From Methanothrix sp. (lineage in GTDB: Archaea; Halobacteriota; Methanosarcinia; Methanotrichales; Methanotrichaceae): a stretch of DNA of 64,000 nucleotides. A model generated the notes under the pieces. That model was given only the letters and a program-made list of their open reading frames with translations. It searched no databases and had not been told where the DNA came from. Positions 49,323 through 59,003 of the stretch are shown piece by piece. Position 1 is the stretch's first letter. Every line of letters starts with the position of its first letter. The stretch lies in contig OY821645.1 of the NCBI GenBank assembly GCA_963682135.1, positions 1,600,001-1,664,000 of the forward strand. Reading direction: 5' to 3'. The position numbers and the translations under genes were made by a program.

Positions 49323-50738
49323 ATGGATGATGTCATCATAGGGCTTGAGATTCATGTCCAGCTCAACAGGTTGAAGTCCAAGATGTTCTGCGGCTGCTCG
49401 ACTGCTTACCATAACTCCCCGCCCAACAGCCACACATGTCCGGTATGTCTGGGACTGCCAGGCTCCCTGCCCGTGATCAACCGCAAAGCTGTGGAGTACG
49501 GCATCAAGGTGGGACTGGCGCTTAACTGCAAGATCGAAGAGGAGACGTTCTTTTACCGCAAGAACTACTACTACCCCGATCTGCCCAAGGGATTTCAGAT
49601 CAGCCAGTACGACTTTCCACTGGCCACAAACGGTCGCATCATGATTTTAGGTGACGACGGAGCGGAGAGAAATATCCGCATCAACCGAGCGCACATGGAG
49701 GAGGATCCAGGTCGGCTGGTACATGCCGGAACCATTGACAAGGCCAAGTACACCATGGTGGACTACAACCGCTGCGGCATGCCCTTGCTGGAAGTGGTGA
49801 CCGAGCCGGACCTCTGCTCACCCAAGGAGGCGCGCGCTTTTCTGGACAAGCTGAAGAGCATTCTCGAGTATCTGGATGTCTTCGATGGCTCACTGGAAGG
49901 GTCCATGCGCGTGGATGCCAACATCTCCTTGAAGGGCGGAGACCGCTCCGAGGTCAAGAATATCTCCGGCTTCAAGGGTGTGGAGAAGGCTCTCTCCTAC
50001 GAGATCACCCGGCAGAAGAATCTGCAGAGAAGGAACATCAAGGTGGTTCAGGAGACGCGCCACTTCGATGAGATCAGAAACGTCACCGTATCCATCAGAA
50101 GCAAGGTGGGAGCGCACGATTACCGCTACTTCCCAGAGGCAGATCTAGCGGTCCTGCGCATCGCCTCCTGGGTGCCGGCGATTAGAGCCACGCTGCCGGA
50201 GTTGCCCGACGTCAAGCGGGAGAGGTTTGTGGCGCAGTACGGCCTGGCGGATGATCATGCCAAATCCCTCACCTCGGAGATCAAGCTGGCCAACTTCTAC
50301 GAAGCCGTTGCCGCGCGAGCCTCGCCCAAGCTGGCTGCCGTCTGGATCGCAGATGTGCTCAAGGGCGAGCTGAACTACCGGGACCTGACCATTGAAAGCT
50401 TCCAGGAAGATCATATGGCAGAGATTGTGCAGATGCTGGAGAAGAGCACGATCACTGAGGACGGAGCGGTGCAGATTATACGCGCTCTGCTGGACAAGAA
50501 GAACGGATCGCCTCAGGAGATCGTCAAAGCTTTGGGTCTTGGCAAAGCGGAGGATGATGCCGTGCAAAAAGCCGTTCGAGAGGCTGTGGCGGAGAGCGCG
50601 GCGGCTGTGGCAGACTACCGGGCGGGCAGCGAGAGAGCCCTGAACTTCATTGTGGGCCTCGTCATGAAGAAGACGCGCGGCAAGGCCGATGCCGGCGAGG
50701 TGCACATGCTGGTGAAGGCTGAGGTGGAGAAGGCCTGA
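49323..50738 (+). CDS. gatB: Asp/Glu-tRNA amidotransferase subunit B
   Basis: IGLEIHVQL, RKNYYYPDLPK, HMEEDPG, RVDANIS, YRYFPE. Confidence 0.96.
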   Translation: MDDVIIGLEIHVQLNRLKSKMFCGCSTAYHNSPPNSHTCPVCLGLPGSLPVINRKAVEYGIKVGLALNCKIEEETFFYRKNYYYPDLPKGFQISQYDFPLATNGRIMILGDDGAERNIRINRAHMEEDPGRLVHAGTIDKAKYTMVDYNRCGMPLLEVVTEPDLCSPKEARAFLDKLKSILEYLDVFDGSLEGSMRVDANISLKGGDRSEVKNISGFKGVEKALSYEITRQKNLQRRNIKVVQETRHFDEIRNVTVSIRSKVGAHDYRYFPEADLAVLRIASWVPAIRATLPELPDVKRERFVAQYGLADDHAKSLTSEIKLANFYEAVAARASPKLAAVWIADVLKGELNYRDLTIESFQEDHMAEIVQMLEKSTITEDGAVQIIRALLDKKNGSPQEIVKALGLGKAEDDAVQKAVREAVAESAAAVADYRAGSERALNFIVGLVMKKTRGKADAGEVHMLVKAEVEKA

Positions 50739-50825
50739 ACGGCTTTTCTATCCAGGGTGAGGGGAGCGTTTCGCGATTGATGGCTCTGGTCACGACGAAA
50801 TGCTCTCATTCTTTCGTGATCGAAT

Positions 50826-51363
50826 TCAATCTGCTACCTGCCAACGTCCGCCTTTATCCGGACCGATGCGTTGGACGCGACATTGCGCTTTCATTTTTCT
50901 TATTTGCTTCTTGATCGCCCACTCAGTAATGCCTATGCACAGGGCAAGGTCTGCGATGGTGATTGTAGGATCATTCTGCATGAGTTCGATGATTTTCTGG
51001 GTACTTTTCTGGGTACTTTTCTGGGAAGTTTTTTCCGCCAGCCTCGTATCATCAAGCTCTTTGCGGTGAACGGTGGCGATGAACATGGATCCTTCCCGGT
51101 CATCTGTGAAACTGATGTCCGGCCAGCCCTCCAGAGCGCGTTTGATTCCTGATCCCAATCCCTTGTAAGGCAGCAGCCCTTTGGCCGCATAGGACACGAG
51201 AATTGGATTTCGGATATTCGAAATGCCGGAGCGGATTTTTTCCACAGTCAGATTGTTGGGCAGATGTCCGGGACTGATGATCTCAATTCAGTCCTCGAAA
51301 ATGAATAGACGAATCGTGGCGTTCACGAGATAGTCCCGGTGAATCAGAGCGTTGACCAACAGT
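50826..51363 (-). pseudogene. Truncated RecG-C/HATPase_c_4 + HTH ATP-binding protein
   Basis: LLVNALIHRDY...FED*IEIISPGHLP, GLGSGI, C-terminal HTH ending RIGPDKGGRW; N-terminus missing, internal TGA. Confidence 0.8.
50993..51028. repeat. 12-bp tandem repeat x3 (coding STQK linker)
   Basis: TTTTCTGGGTAC TTTTCTGGGTAC TTTTCTGGGAAG. Confidence 0.85.
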
Positions 51364-51470
51364 TGATGTCGGCGAGGTACACCGACGAGTATAGTCCGAG
51401 GTGGAAAAAGTTTAAGGGCGCCTTTTCTTAAAAGATTACGCCCATCCCGACGGGCCGCATAGCCACAATT

Positions 51471-52037
51471 TTAGTCAGCCTTGGTGATCTTCAAGCTGTC
51501 CAGGAGGCTCCTGGCAATGGCATCATCCCATTCAGAGATCCAGGGACCGACAACTCTGACCTGGGTTTTGCCCACGTAGACCGGACCACATTCGCATTTC
51601 TCGCTGTCCAGCCAGTAGACATACTCGAAGGAGGTCTCATTCTCGATCTTCTTAAGGTTCTCATCGTAGATGGGCAGTCCAAAGCCGATTACCCCTTCCC
51701 TTCCATCGATGGTGCCTATCTCCACGGATGCATCAGGGTCATCTGTGACTTTGCTCGCCAGCACATTTTTTAGGGATTTGAGTGTGGCATCGTCCACATC
51801 ATTGAGCTCCGATATGTAGATTCCCAGGGTGCTCTTACCGGCAAAGTCGATCATCACCGTGTAGCCTGTGCTTGTATTGGTCTGGGCCGGGCCGAGAGCC
51901 TCTACCGTGTGATTTTCAGTGGTATTGAGATCAAATGATACATCGAATGGTCCCGCAGATATCTTCTCTGTGGCGGCGGATGCCACAGATGCTGCGACCA
52001 GGAACAGTATCATTCCTAAAACTGCGTACAACTTCAT
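51471..52037 (-). CDS. Hypothetical secreted protein
   Basis: GAGGT RBS, signal peptide, GPFDVSFDLN, TIDGREG, CECGPV, LLDSLKI. Confidence 0.75.
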   Translation of the reverse strand: MKLYAVLGMILFLVAASVASAATEKISAGPFDVSFDLNTTENHTVEALGPAQTNTSTGYTVMIDFAGKSTLGIYISELNDVDDATLKSLKNVLASKVTDDPDASVEIGTIDGREGVIGFGLPIYDENLKKIENETSFEYVYWLDSEKCECGPVYVGKTQVRVVGPWISEWDDAIARSLLDSLKITKAD

Positions 52038-52475
52038 AGCTATACCTCAAATTTTTATTAGCATTGACTTATCAGCATATAATTCTTTTGTCTCTTGGTT
52101 TTTTAGATTTTAGGTCCGGCCGCAGGAGGCAAAAAGCATAGGCAAATACGTGCGCATAGTACATAATGAGCACTCAATCAAACCATAGAACACCGTATCA
52201 ACTTCTTCGTCTTGAGTGATAAGATAGCCCCCCCCAAAAGCTATAAAACGTTTTTGTATTAGGTTCGCACATTATCTCTAAAGAAATTTAAATTAATAAA
52301 GAAGGTATATAATTGACCGGAACGCTGGATGTGGCCCGCAAAGCGATGGTCAATCGGCCCTTTTCCCATTTTGTCCCAAAAGAAGACCAAAACGTATGCT
52401 ACAGACATAGAAAACTGCTTTTTGAGACGGTAACACGGCAGGCGTGCGATCTATGGATGGTGAAAGAGGTGGAGT

Positions 52476-52914
52476 CTCGTTCAGGATGCTGACAAGTTCA
52501 TAGCCGTTATCATCAGCGGAACGAAACTAATGCAGCAGCTAATTAACGAATTATTGATCAATTCAAGGTTAAACACGTAAGAGCCAAAAAATATTATGAA
52601 AATGATGATTCATTGCAGAGTGCTCTACAAAATCTGAAGCATGTTTTGGCGGAGTCAGGGGGCACGATTATATATGGAAAGATGCCATTAATAGTAACAG
52701 ATGAACGGCAAATGACTCAGTTATTTCAAAATTTAATTGGGAACGCCTTGAAGTTTCATGGAGAAGAAACATCCAAGGTGGAGATATCTGCAGTCAGGAA
52801 TGGAGATGATTGGATTATTCGAGAAATTCCTGCGGGCTGCATAGCAGTGAAGAGTATCCAGGCACGGGCATTGGCCTTGCCATCGCCAAAAAGATAGAAG
52901 AAAAGATAGTCTGA
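52476..52914 (+). pseudogene. Decayed sensor histidine kinase (HisKA/HATPase remnant)
   Basis: DADKFI...MQQLINELL...*, QLFQNLIGNALKF, and after a frame change LHSSEEYPGTGIGLAIAKKI. Confidence 0.8.
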
Positions 52915-52927
52915 TGGATACTTGCAT

Positions 52928-53383
52928 ATGATAAACGGATATAAAATTGATATTCTACTGGTAGAAGATAATCCAGCTGATGCGCGTCTGACTGAGATGG
53001 CACTCAGGGACGATAAATATCTCGTCTCCCTTATCATTGCGAAAGACGGCGTGGAAGCGCTGTCCATTTTACGCAAAGAAGGAATTCATGCCGGGTCCAA
53101 GAGTCCTGACTTCATTTTACTCGATCTTAATCTGCCCAAAAAAGACGGCCGAGAGGTGCTCAAGGAGATCAAAAGTGATGTGAAGATCAGACACATTCCG
53201 GTGGCAATCTTAACCACATCTGATGCCGAAAGCGACATTTTGTACTCCTATGGAATGCAAGCCAATTGCTATATGGTCAAACCACTGGAACTGGATCAAT
53301 TCGTGGAAATGATGAAATCCATAAAGAGTTTCTGGTTCAATACGGCCAGATTGCCCCAGAGAGATGAGATATGTGAGCCCTAA
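52928..53383 (+). CDS. Response regulator (Rcp1-like receiver)
   Basis: ILLVEDN, ILLDLNLPKKDG, ILTTS, ANCYMVKP, FWF. Confidence 0.9.
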   Translation: MINGYKIDILLVEDNPADARLTEMALRDDKYLVSLIIAKDGVEALSILRKEGIHAGSKSPDFILLDLNLPKKDGREVLKEIKSDVKIRHIPVAILTTSDAESDILYSYGMQANCYMVKPLELDQFVEMMKSIKSFWFNTARLPQRDEICEP

Positions 53384-54548
53384 TTCCACCAAAATTCTTA
53401 TTATTGAAGATAATGAGGCTGATGCAAGGCTGATCAGGGAGTACTTGCTGGACGCATCTCGTAGAGAGGAAGATGGTATTTCCGGCACAACGTTTGATTT
53501 GACATGGAAAAAAAACCTTTCTTCGGGGCTTGAATTTCTGATCAATCAAGAGGTGGACGCCGTGCTCCTGGATTTAAATTTGCCTGACAGCGTTGGTTTG
53601 GAGACGTTCCTGAAAATTCATAAAAAGAATCAAAAAATACCCATACTGGTATTGACCGGCTTTGGTGATAGGGAGATGGCTGTAAGAGCGGTCAGGGAAG
53701 GAGCAGGGGACTATCTGGTGAAAGGAGAAGTGGACGGCAGATTGCTTCATCGTTCCATCAGCTACGCCATCGAGCGCAAAAAATCCGAGGAGGAGCTTCT
53801 CTCAGCCCAGAACAATCTGGAGAAGAAGGTTCACGAGAGGACCATTGAGTTGAAAGAGAGGTATGACGAGATTGAACAATTGGTCTATGCTATCTCTCAT
53901 GACCTCATTTTGCCACTGGTTACCATCAAAGGATTTTTAGGCTATCTCAAGAAAGATATTGCTTGCGGAGGCCGGCAGAGGATTGAAATCGATCTGGGTC
54001 TGATAGGTGATGCTGTTGAGAGAATGGAAGCCCTTTTGGTCAGGGCACTGGATGTATCGAGCATTGGCAAGCTATCCAATAATAGAGAAATGGTCTCCTA
54101 TGGCGAGATTGTTCAGGAAGCCTTGAATCTGACGGCAGATAAGATTAGTGCAAGCGATGCCAGGGTCACTGTGGCAAGTGATCTTCCCATGGTGAAAGTG
54201 GATCGGCCCAGGATTGTGGATGTCCTGGTGAATCTGATCGAGAATTGTATCAGGTATGCGGGCAATATCAGGCATCAACAGATCGAATTTGGATATCAGG
54301 CAAAAGAGGAAGAGATCGTTTTCTATGTCAAAGATAACGGCAAGGGCATAGACCCGATAACCCAGAAAGATATATTCAGTTTATTTTACCTGGGCAATGA
54401 GGCGGAAAATTCCCACGCAGGACTGGCTCTATCCAGGAGGATCATCGAATTTCATGGGGGAAGAATGTGGATAGAATCGGTTGTGAACAAAGGCTGCACG
54501 GTGTACTTCACGCTTCCCGAAAGCTTCACTATGCAGTCAGGGTTATAG
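53364..54548 (+). CDS. Hybrid receiver-histidine kinase
   Basis: Receiver (LLDLNLPD), H-box SHDL, N-box NLIEN, DNGKGI; G2 box degenerate. Confidence 0.88.
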   Translation: MRYVSPNSTKILIIEDNEADARLIREYLLDASRREEDGISGTTFDLTWKKNLSSGLEFLINQEVDAVLLDLNLPDSVGLETFLKIHKKNQKIPILVLTGFGDREMAVRAVREGAGDYLVKGEVDGRLLHRSISYAIERKKSEEELLSAQNNLEKKVHERTIELKERYDEIEQLVYAISHDLILPLVTIKGFLGYLKKDIACGGRQRIEIDLGLIGDAVERMEALLVRALDVSSIGKLSNNREMVSYGEIVQEALNLTADKISASDARVTVASDLPMVKVDRPRIVDVLVNLIENCIRYAGNIRHQQIEFGYQAKEEEIVFYVKDNGKGIDPITQKDIFSLFYLGNEAENSHAGLALSRRIIEFHGGRMWIESVVNKGCTVYFTLPESFTMQSGL

Positions 54549-54855
54549 TCAATCTATCACATCTTCAATTGGCCTCCTCGGGCTAGGACGCATGGGCTTT
54601 GCCATCCCCAGGCGGAAGATGAGTTGAGGATGACCGAGATTGACCTGCGTCTTCAGCTCCTCTCGAAGATTAGGCAAACCTATGGGCTGGCTGAAGAAGG
54701 ATGCCATTATGTCGTAAGAGGTTGCTCGAAGCAGCAGATAACTCCTTGAAGGCAGCGGGAAATCCCAAGGATACGACATCGGGCACTCCGAAGGTGTACA
54801 AGGACATGCCGTCCGGCTCAGCCGTCCAGTTACTGCGCAGCCACTCACCCAAATT
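54549..54855 (-). pseudogene. Acg-type nitroreductase remnant
   Basis: GEWLRSN...DGM then in another frame LRATSYDIM...SQPI...LREEL...PQLIFRLG...PSPRRPIEDV*. Confidence 0.65.
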
Positions 54856-55103
54856 TTGGTGAAATTCCTTCCTGGCCAGTTGAATCTATCGGCGCGAGAG
54901 ACCAGATTTCAGCTTCGAATTCTCAAGCTTCAGAGATGGAATCATATTCTGAGTATCATAGGTCTTGAGCTTGATGCCTTTCTCTTTAGCATCACGATCA
55001 GCGAAATCCGTCCTTCGCAATCCTACAAGTTAAATTCAATTAGCATCAAATTCTTCTATTAATTGGGAGGAATACACTATCAACTATCTGGAGGTGGGCA
55101 AGC

Positions 55104-56210
55104 ATGAAGAGTACAGTCTACTTTGCCGGGGTCAGGGCAAGAAGCTTTCAAGATAACAAGCAAAACAAGATTATGGGCCTCTTTGATGCAGCAGGTCTGG
55201 ATGAGGTGGTACAAAAAGGCGACCTTACCGCCATAAAGATCCATTTCGGGGAGAATGGAAACGACTCCTATGTAAATCCGGTCCTCGTCCGGCCCATCAC
55301 AGAGAAGATCCGGTCCCTGGGCGCAAAGCCATTTCTTACCGATACAAATACACTCTATGGTGGTAGTAGGGCCAATGCTGTTGATCATCTGCAAGCGGCA
55401 GCCGAGCACGGTTTTGTCCCGACTGTGGCCGGAGCGCCGGTCATTATTGCCGATGGCCTGCAAGGGGACAATTTCCGGGAGGTTGAAATTGAGAGGAAGC
55501 ATTTTCGCCGGGTTATGATCGCCGGAGAGATCGCTTCTGCTAATAGCATGATCGTAGTATCCCACTTCAAGGCCCACCTTCCAGCCGGCTTTGGGGGTGC
55601 TGTAAAGAATCTGGGCATGGGCTGTGCTCCAGCGCTCGGCAAGGCAGAGCAACACAGTGCCAAGCCCATATTCAATTCCGAGCTATGCAGCGGATGCCGC
55701 TCCTGCATGGACGGCTGCCCGCGGCGGGCCATCACAGTGGAAAAGAGGATCTCGGCAGTAAACTATGATCTGTGCACAGGCTGCGGCAAATGCCTGCGCG
55801 TTTGCCCGACTCACGCTCTGGATTTCGACTGGTTTGTGGAGGTGCCTCCCTTCATGGAGAGGATGACAGAGTATGCCTATGGTGCGATAAAGGGAAAGGA
55901 ACAAAAGGTTGGGTTCTTCAACTTCCTTCTCAATATCACCCCCGACTGCGACTGTGTGCCCTGGAGCGATGCTCCTATTGTGTCAGACATAGGTATCCTG
56001 GCCTCACGCGATCCCGTGGCCATAGATCAAGCCAGCTACGATTTGGTGAACCGGCAGATGGGCCTGGCAAACTCGCTCTTGCAGAAGAATCATGAGCCAG
56101 GAATGGACAAGTTCCTGGGCGTCTGGGAGAGCACTCGAGGAAATATCCAGTTGGACTACGGGGCGACGATTGGCCTGGGAAATAAAGAGTATCATCTGAT
56201 TGAGATCTGA
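55104..56210 (+). CDS. DUF362 family Fe-S protein with 2x[4Fe-4S] ferredoxin domain
   Basis: IKIHFGE, TDTNTLY, SHFKAH, GGAVKNLGMGC, CSGCRSC/CTGCGKC, PDCDC, DPVAIDQAS. Confidence 0.9.
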   Translation: MKSTVYFAGVRARSFQDNKQNKIMGLFDAAGLDEVVQKGDLTAIKIHFGENGNDSYVNPVLVRPITEKIRSLGAKPFLTDTNTLYGGSRANAVDHLQAAAEHGFVPTVAGAPVIIADGLQGDNFREVEIERKHFRRVMIAGEIASANSMIVVSHFKAHLPAGFGGAVKNLGMGCAPALGKAEQHSAKPIFNSELCSGCRSCMDGCPRRAITVEKRISAVNYDLCTGCGKCLRVCPTHALDFDWFVEVPPFMERMTEYAYGAIKGKEQKVGFFNFLLNITPDCDCVPWSDAPIVSDIGILASRDPVAIDQASYDLVNRQMGLANSLLQKNHEPGMDKFLGVWESTRGNIQLDYGATIGLGNKEYHLIEI

Positions 56211-56216
56211 AGGGTA

Positions 56217-56804
56217 ATGGAGGAAAAAGACATGAGAGTTGTGGCATTTAACGGCAGTCCTCGCAAGGACGGCAATACCGCCGCTTTATTGGGCATTGTT
56301 CTCAAAGAGCTGAATGATCAAGGCATAGAGACAGAACTGATGCATTTGAAAGGGCCACTTTCCGGTTGCATCGCCTGCAACAAATGCTTCGAGAAAAAGA
56401 ACGGCAAGTGCGCCATGGATAAGGACATAATTAACGAATGCATCAAGAAGATGAGCGAAGCGGACGGAATTATTCTGGGCTCGCCAACCTACTTCGCCGA
56501 CCTCACGCCCGAACTGAAGGCCCTCATCGATAGGTCCGGGTTCGTGGCAAAGGCCAACGAGGATATGTTCAAACGCAAGGTGGGCGCAGCGGTTGTGGCC
56601 GTGCGCCGGGCGGGAGCCATTCACGTCTTCGACTCCATAAACCACTTCTTCCTCATCAACCAGATGATAATTGCTGGTTCAAATTACTGGAATATCGGAC
56701 TTGGCCTGCACGAAAAGGATGTGGAAAAGGATGAGGAGGCAATACAGATCATGAAAACTCTCGGGCAGAATATGGGCTGGCTGATGAAGAAGATCAATGA
56801 TTAG
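56217..56804 (+). CDS. Iron-sulfur flavoprotein (Isf) / flavodoxin family
   Basis: NGSPRKDGNT, CIACNKC...C, GSPTYF, RRAG. Confidence 0.9.
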   Translation: MEEKDMRVVAFNGSPRKDGNTAALLGIVLKELNDQGIETELMHLKGPLSGCIACNKCFEKKNGKCAMDKDIINECIKKMSEADGIILGSPTYFADLTPELKALIDRSGFVAKANEDMFKRKVGAAVVAVRRAGAIHVFDSINHFFLINQMIIAGSNYWNIGLGLHEKDVEKDEEAIQIMKTLGQNMGWLMKKIND

Positions 56805-56812
56805 AGGAACTG

Positions 56813-57223
56813 ATGCAACTGGATTATCAGACGGTAGTGTCGTTAAATCTCGCCCTGCAATTGATACTCGTTGCAGCTCTTGGCGTTGCCGTCTTCCTGG
56901 CCAAAAAGAAAAGCTTCCAGAGACACTGCCTCATCCTCCGCCTGGCGGTCACTGCCCAGATTCTGGACATCCTGGCGTTAATGTCTCCGGCCATGGTCGC
57001 GATCCTGGAGCCGGGCCGGCCTAATGGTCTCTTTCAGGCTGAGGTCTTGTTGCACCACTGCCTGGGTCTAATAGTGGTACTGCTCTGGATCTACATCAAC
57101 CTGGCCTATCTGGGGCATTTGAAGGCCCGGATTGCACTTCGGCGGGCTATGCAGGCAGCAGCAGGTCTTTGGGCAGCGTCCTTTATTCTGGGGCTTTACA
57201 TCTACCAGAGAATGTATTACTAA
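56813..57223 (+). CDS. Four-TM membrane protein (DUF420-like)
   Basis: Four hydrophobic segments with conserved-looking His (RH, HHCLG). Confidence 0.65.
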   Translation: MQLDYQTVVSLNLALQLILVAALGVAVFLAKKKSFQRHCLILRLAVTAQILDILALMSPAMVAILEPGRPNGLFQAEVLLHHCLGLIVVLLWIYINLAYLGHLKARIALRRAMQAAAGLWAASFILGLYIYQRMYY

Positions 57224-57236
57224 GCTTTGGTTTGCC

Positions 57237-57554
57237 TTACTCCACCCACTCATAACCGGGATATTTGATCTTATTGAAATTGCGGATCAGCTCTGCGGCA
57301 TCCTTTCGGCTGAATTCGGCTTCCATGATCCTGGTGCAGACAAAGCGCAGGGCAATCTTCTGCATTTCCTCCTCCGGGCCATCGTCCGGTTTGGAGGCCA
57401 GACCATGGGTCTCGAATAGATGCTCTTTCTCGCTCATGTGAGTGCTTTTGCCCCATTTTGCGAACATCTCCGCGGCCTGATCCAGAAGATGCTGATCAAA
57501 TGCCTCCGGGAGTAAGATGCCTTCGAACTGCTTTAAAAATTCATCTTTTCTCAA
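57237..57554 (-). CDS. Hypothetical protein
   Basis: 105-aa ORF with TTG start after GGGG; plausible composition. Confidence 0.6.
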   Translation of the reverse strand: MRKDEFLKQFEGILLPEAFDQHLLDQAAEMFAKWGKSTHMSEKEHLFETHGLASKPDDGPEEEMQKIALRFVCTRIMEAEFSRKDAAELIRNFNKIKYPGYEWVE

Positions 57555-57731
57555 GATAATCGCCCCGCTTAATCAATATCCAAGGATGATTCATTTCAGG
57601 ATAATTGGTATGCATTCCTATAAAAAGCTTGATTGAAATTTGCTTATCAATTGCGCCCTAAAAAATTATTTGAGAACTCCGTCGCAGGTTCTCTTTACCG
57701 GAAAAAGTGACCAATCGTAAGTGATTGGCTA

Positions 57732-58844
57732 CTAGTATGGAATGGATGTGGTGTAAACAGTGGTAGCCGCAGGTACATTGATGATCTTGGCGACACCCCT
57801 CACGAAGTTCATAGTCTTCTCGAAGTTGTTCATGCCATCAAATATGCGAATGGTGTGCGCCATGCCGCCCACGACTGAGAATCTGAAAACTCCATCCTGA
57901 GCATCGCCGTTGCTGCCTTCTTTGCCAACCATGACGCCGTCAACGTAGACATCGTATCCTTTCATCGTCGTTTGAATCGTTACAGGCGTGTCCCCGACGG
58001 CAGTCGTCTGCGGCGGATAGGATGTGCCGTATGTCTGGTAAGAGGTCGATACGCTGGTGGTGGTCTGGCCTAGGCCGCCGGTCGTGGTCTGACCAGCATA
58101 AGGCTGGTTGGAGGCAGGCGGCATATTGGAGGAGGGCGGCATCTGGCTGGCAGCCGAGACCTGGCTGGTTGGTGGCGCCTGGCTGATCACATCAACGATG
58201 ATGGAGTTGCTGGGCTGGTTGCTCTGCACGAAGAGCAGAATGTGCCTGCCCACTTTGTCCGCCATGTAGTTGAGGCTGTTATAGCCTGCGAAGAAATTTA
58301 CCCGTTTGTTGGTTATGCTCGAAGTATCCGTCTGAGTGATTTCATAATAATCAGCCTGTCCGCCTGCGGGAGCAAAGGCGATCAATTGCAGGCCGGTTCC
58401 TGCCGGGACTATAGCATACGCGGACCAATCCAGACCCTTCTGGATCCACAGTTCATTGCCTCTCGCGGCGGCTGTGGCCGACTGGTACTGGGTGTAGGTA
58501 ATTTCCTTGCCGCTGCCGAAATAGATACGCGATGGCATCTTATGTGTGACATCAATTTTCACCGGACTAAAGCCGATCACCGGCACGCTGCTGTTGATAA
58601 GAAACTCTGAGAGGAAGGAAGTAGCACTGCTGGTGTTCTGAAACTCGGGGCCAAACCACGGTCCGCTCAAATCCGTACTTGCATCACCGATGCCGAACAG
58701 GCTGTTTACGTATTCTTCATTAAAAGCTCCCCCGGTCAGACCAATGGACTGATCCAAGGAAAAGCCCTGCGCACCTATTGCACTTGCTGCCCCTGCACCC
58801 AAGATCAGGGTCATAAGACATAAGCATAAGCAATTGAATCTCAA
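57732..58844 (-). CDS. Secreted protein with Ser/Thr/Pro linker and C-terminal PEGA-like domain
   Basis: GAGGTG RBS, signal peptide, YDVYVDG...G...HTIRI. Confidence 0.75.
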   Translation of the reverse strand: MRFNCLCLCLMTLILGAGAASAIGAQGFSLDQSIGLTGGAFNEEYVNSLFGIGDASTDLSGPWFGPEFQNTSSATSFLSEFLINSSVPVIGFSPVKIDVTHKMPSRIYFGSGKEITYTQYQSATAAARGNELWIQKGLDWSAYAIVPAGTGLQLIAFAPAGGQADYYEITQTDTSSITNKRVNFFAGYNSLNYMADKVGRHILLFVQSNQPSNSIIVDVISQAPPTSQVSAASQMPPSSNMPPASNQPYAGQTTTGGLGQTTTSVSTSYQTYGTSYPPQTTAVGDTPVTIQTTMKGYDVYVDGVMVGKEGSNGDAQDGVFRFSVVGGMAHTIRIFDGMNNFEKTMNFVRGVAKIINVPAATTVYTTSIPY

Positions 58845-59003
58845 TTATAACACCTCATTTGTTGCTGCTTTAGCCATATATTATTTAGCTTTAAGTCTTT
58901 TCTGAGTCTCATCTGAATCTCATGGAAACATTGATGCAATTGTATTGCCTCAAAAATGTGGATTAAGTTTAAAAAATTTATTAAGATCGGAAGCAGGCAT
59001 CTT

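Noticed and set aside
50993-51028. 12-bp tandem repeat as CRISPR or contingency locus
   Set aside because: No spacers; it encodes the common STQK linker of this protein family. No CRISPR array was seen anywhere in the window.
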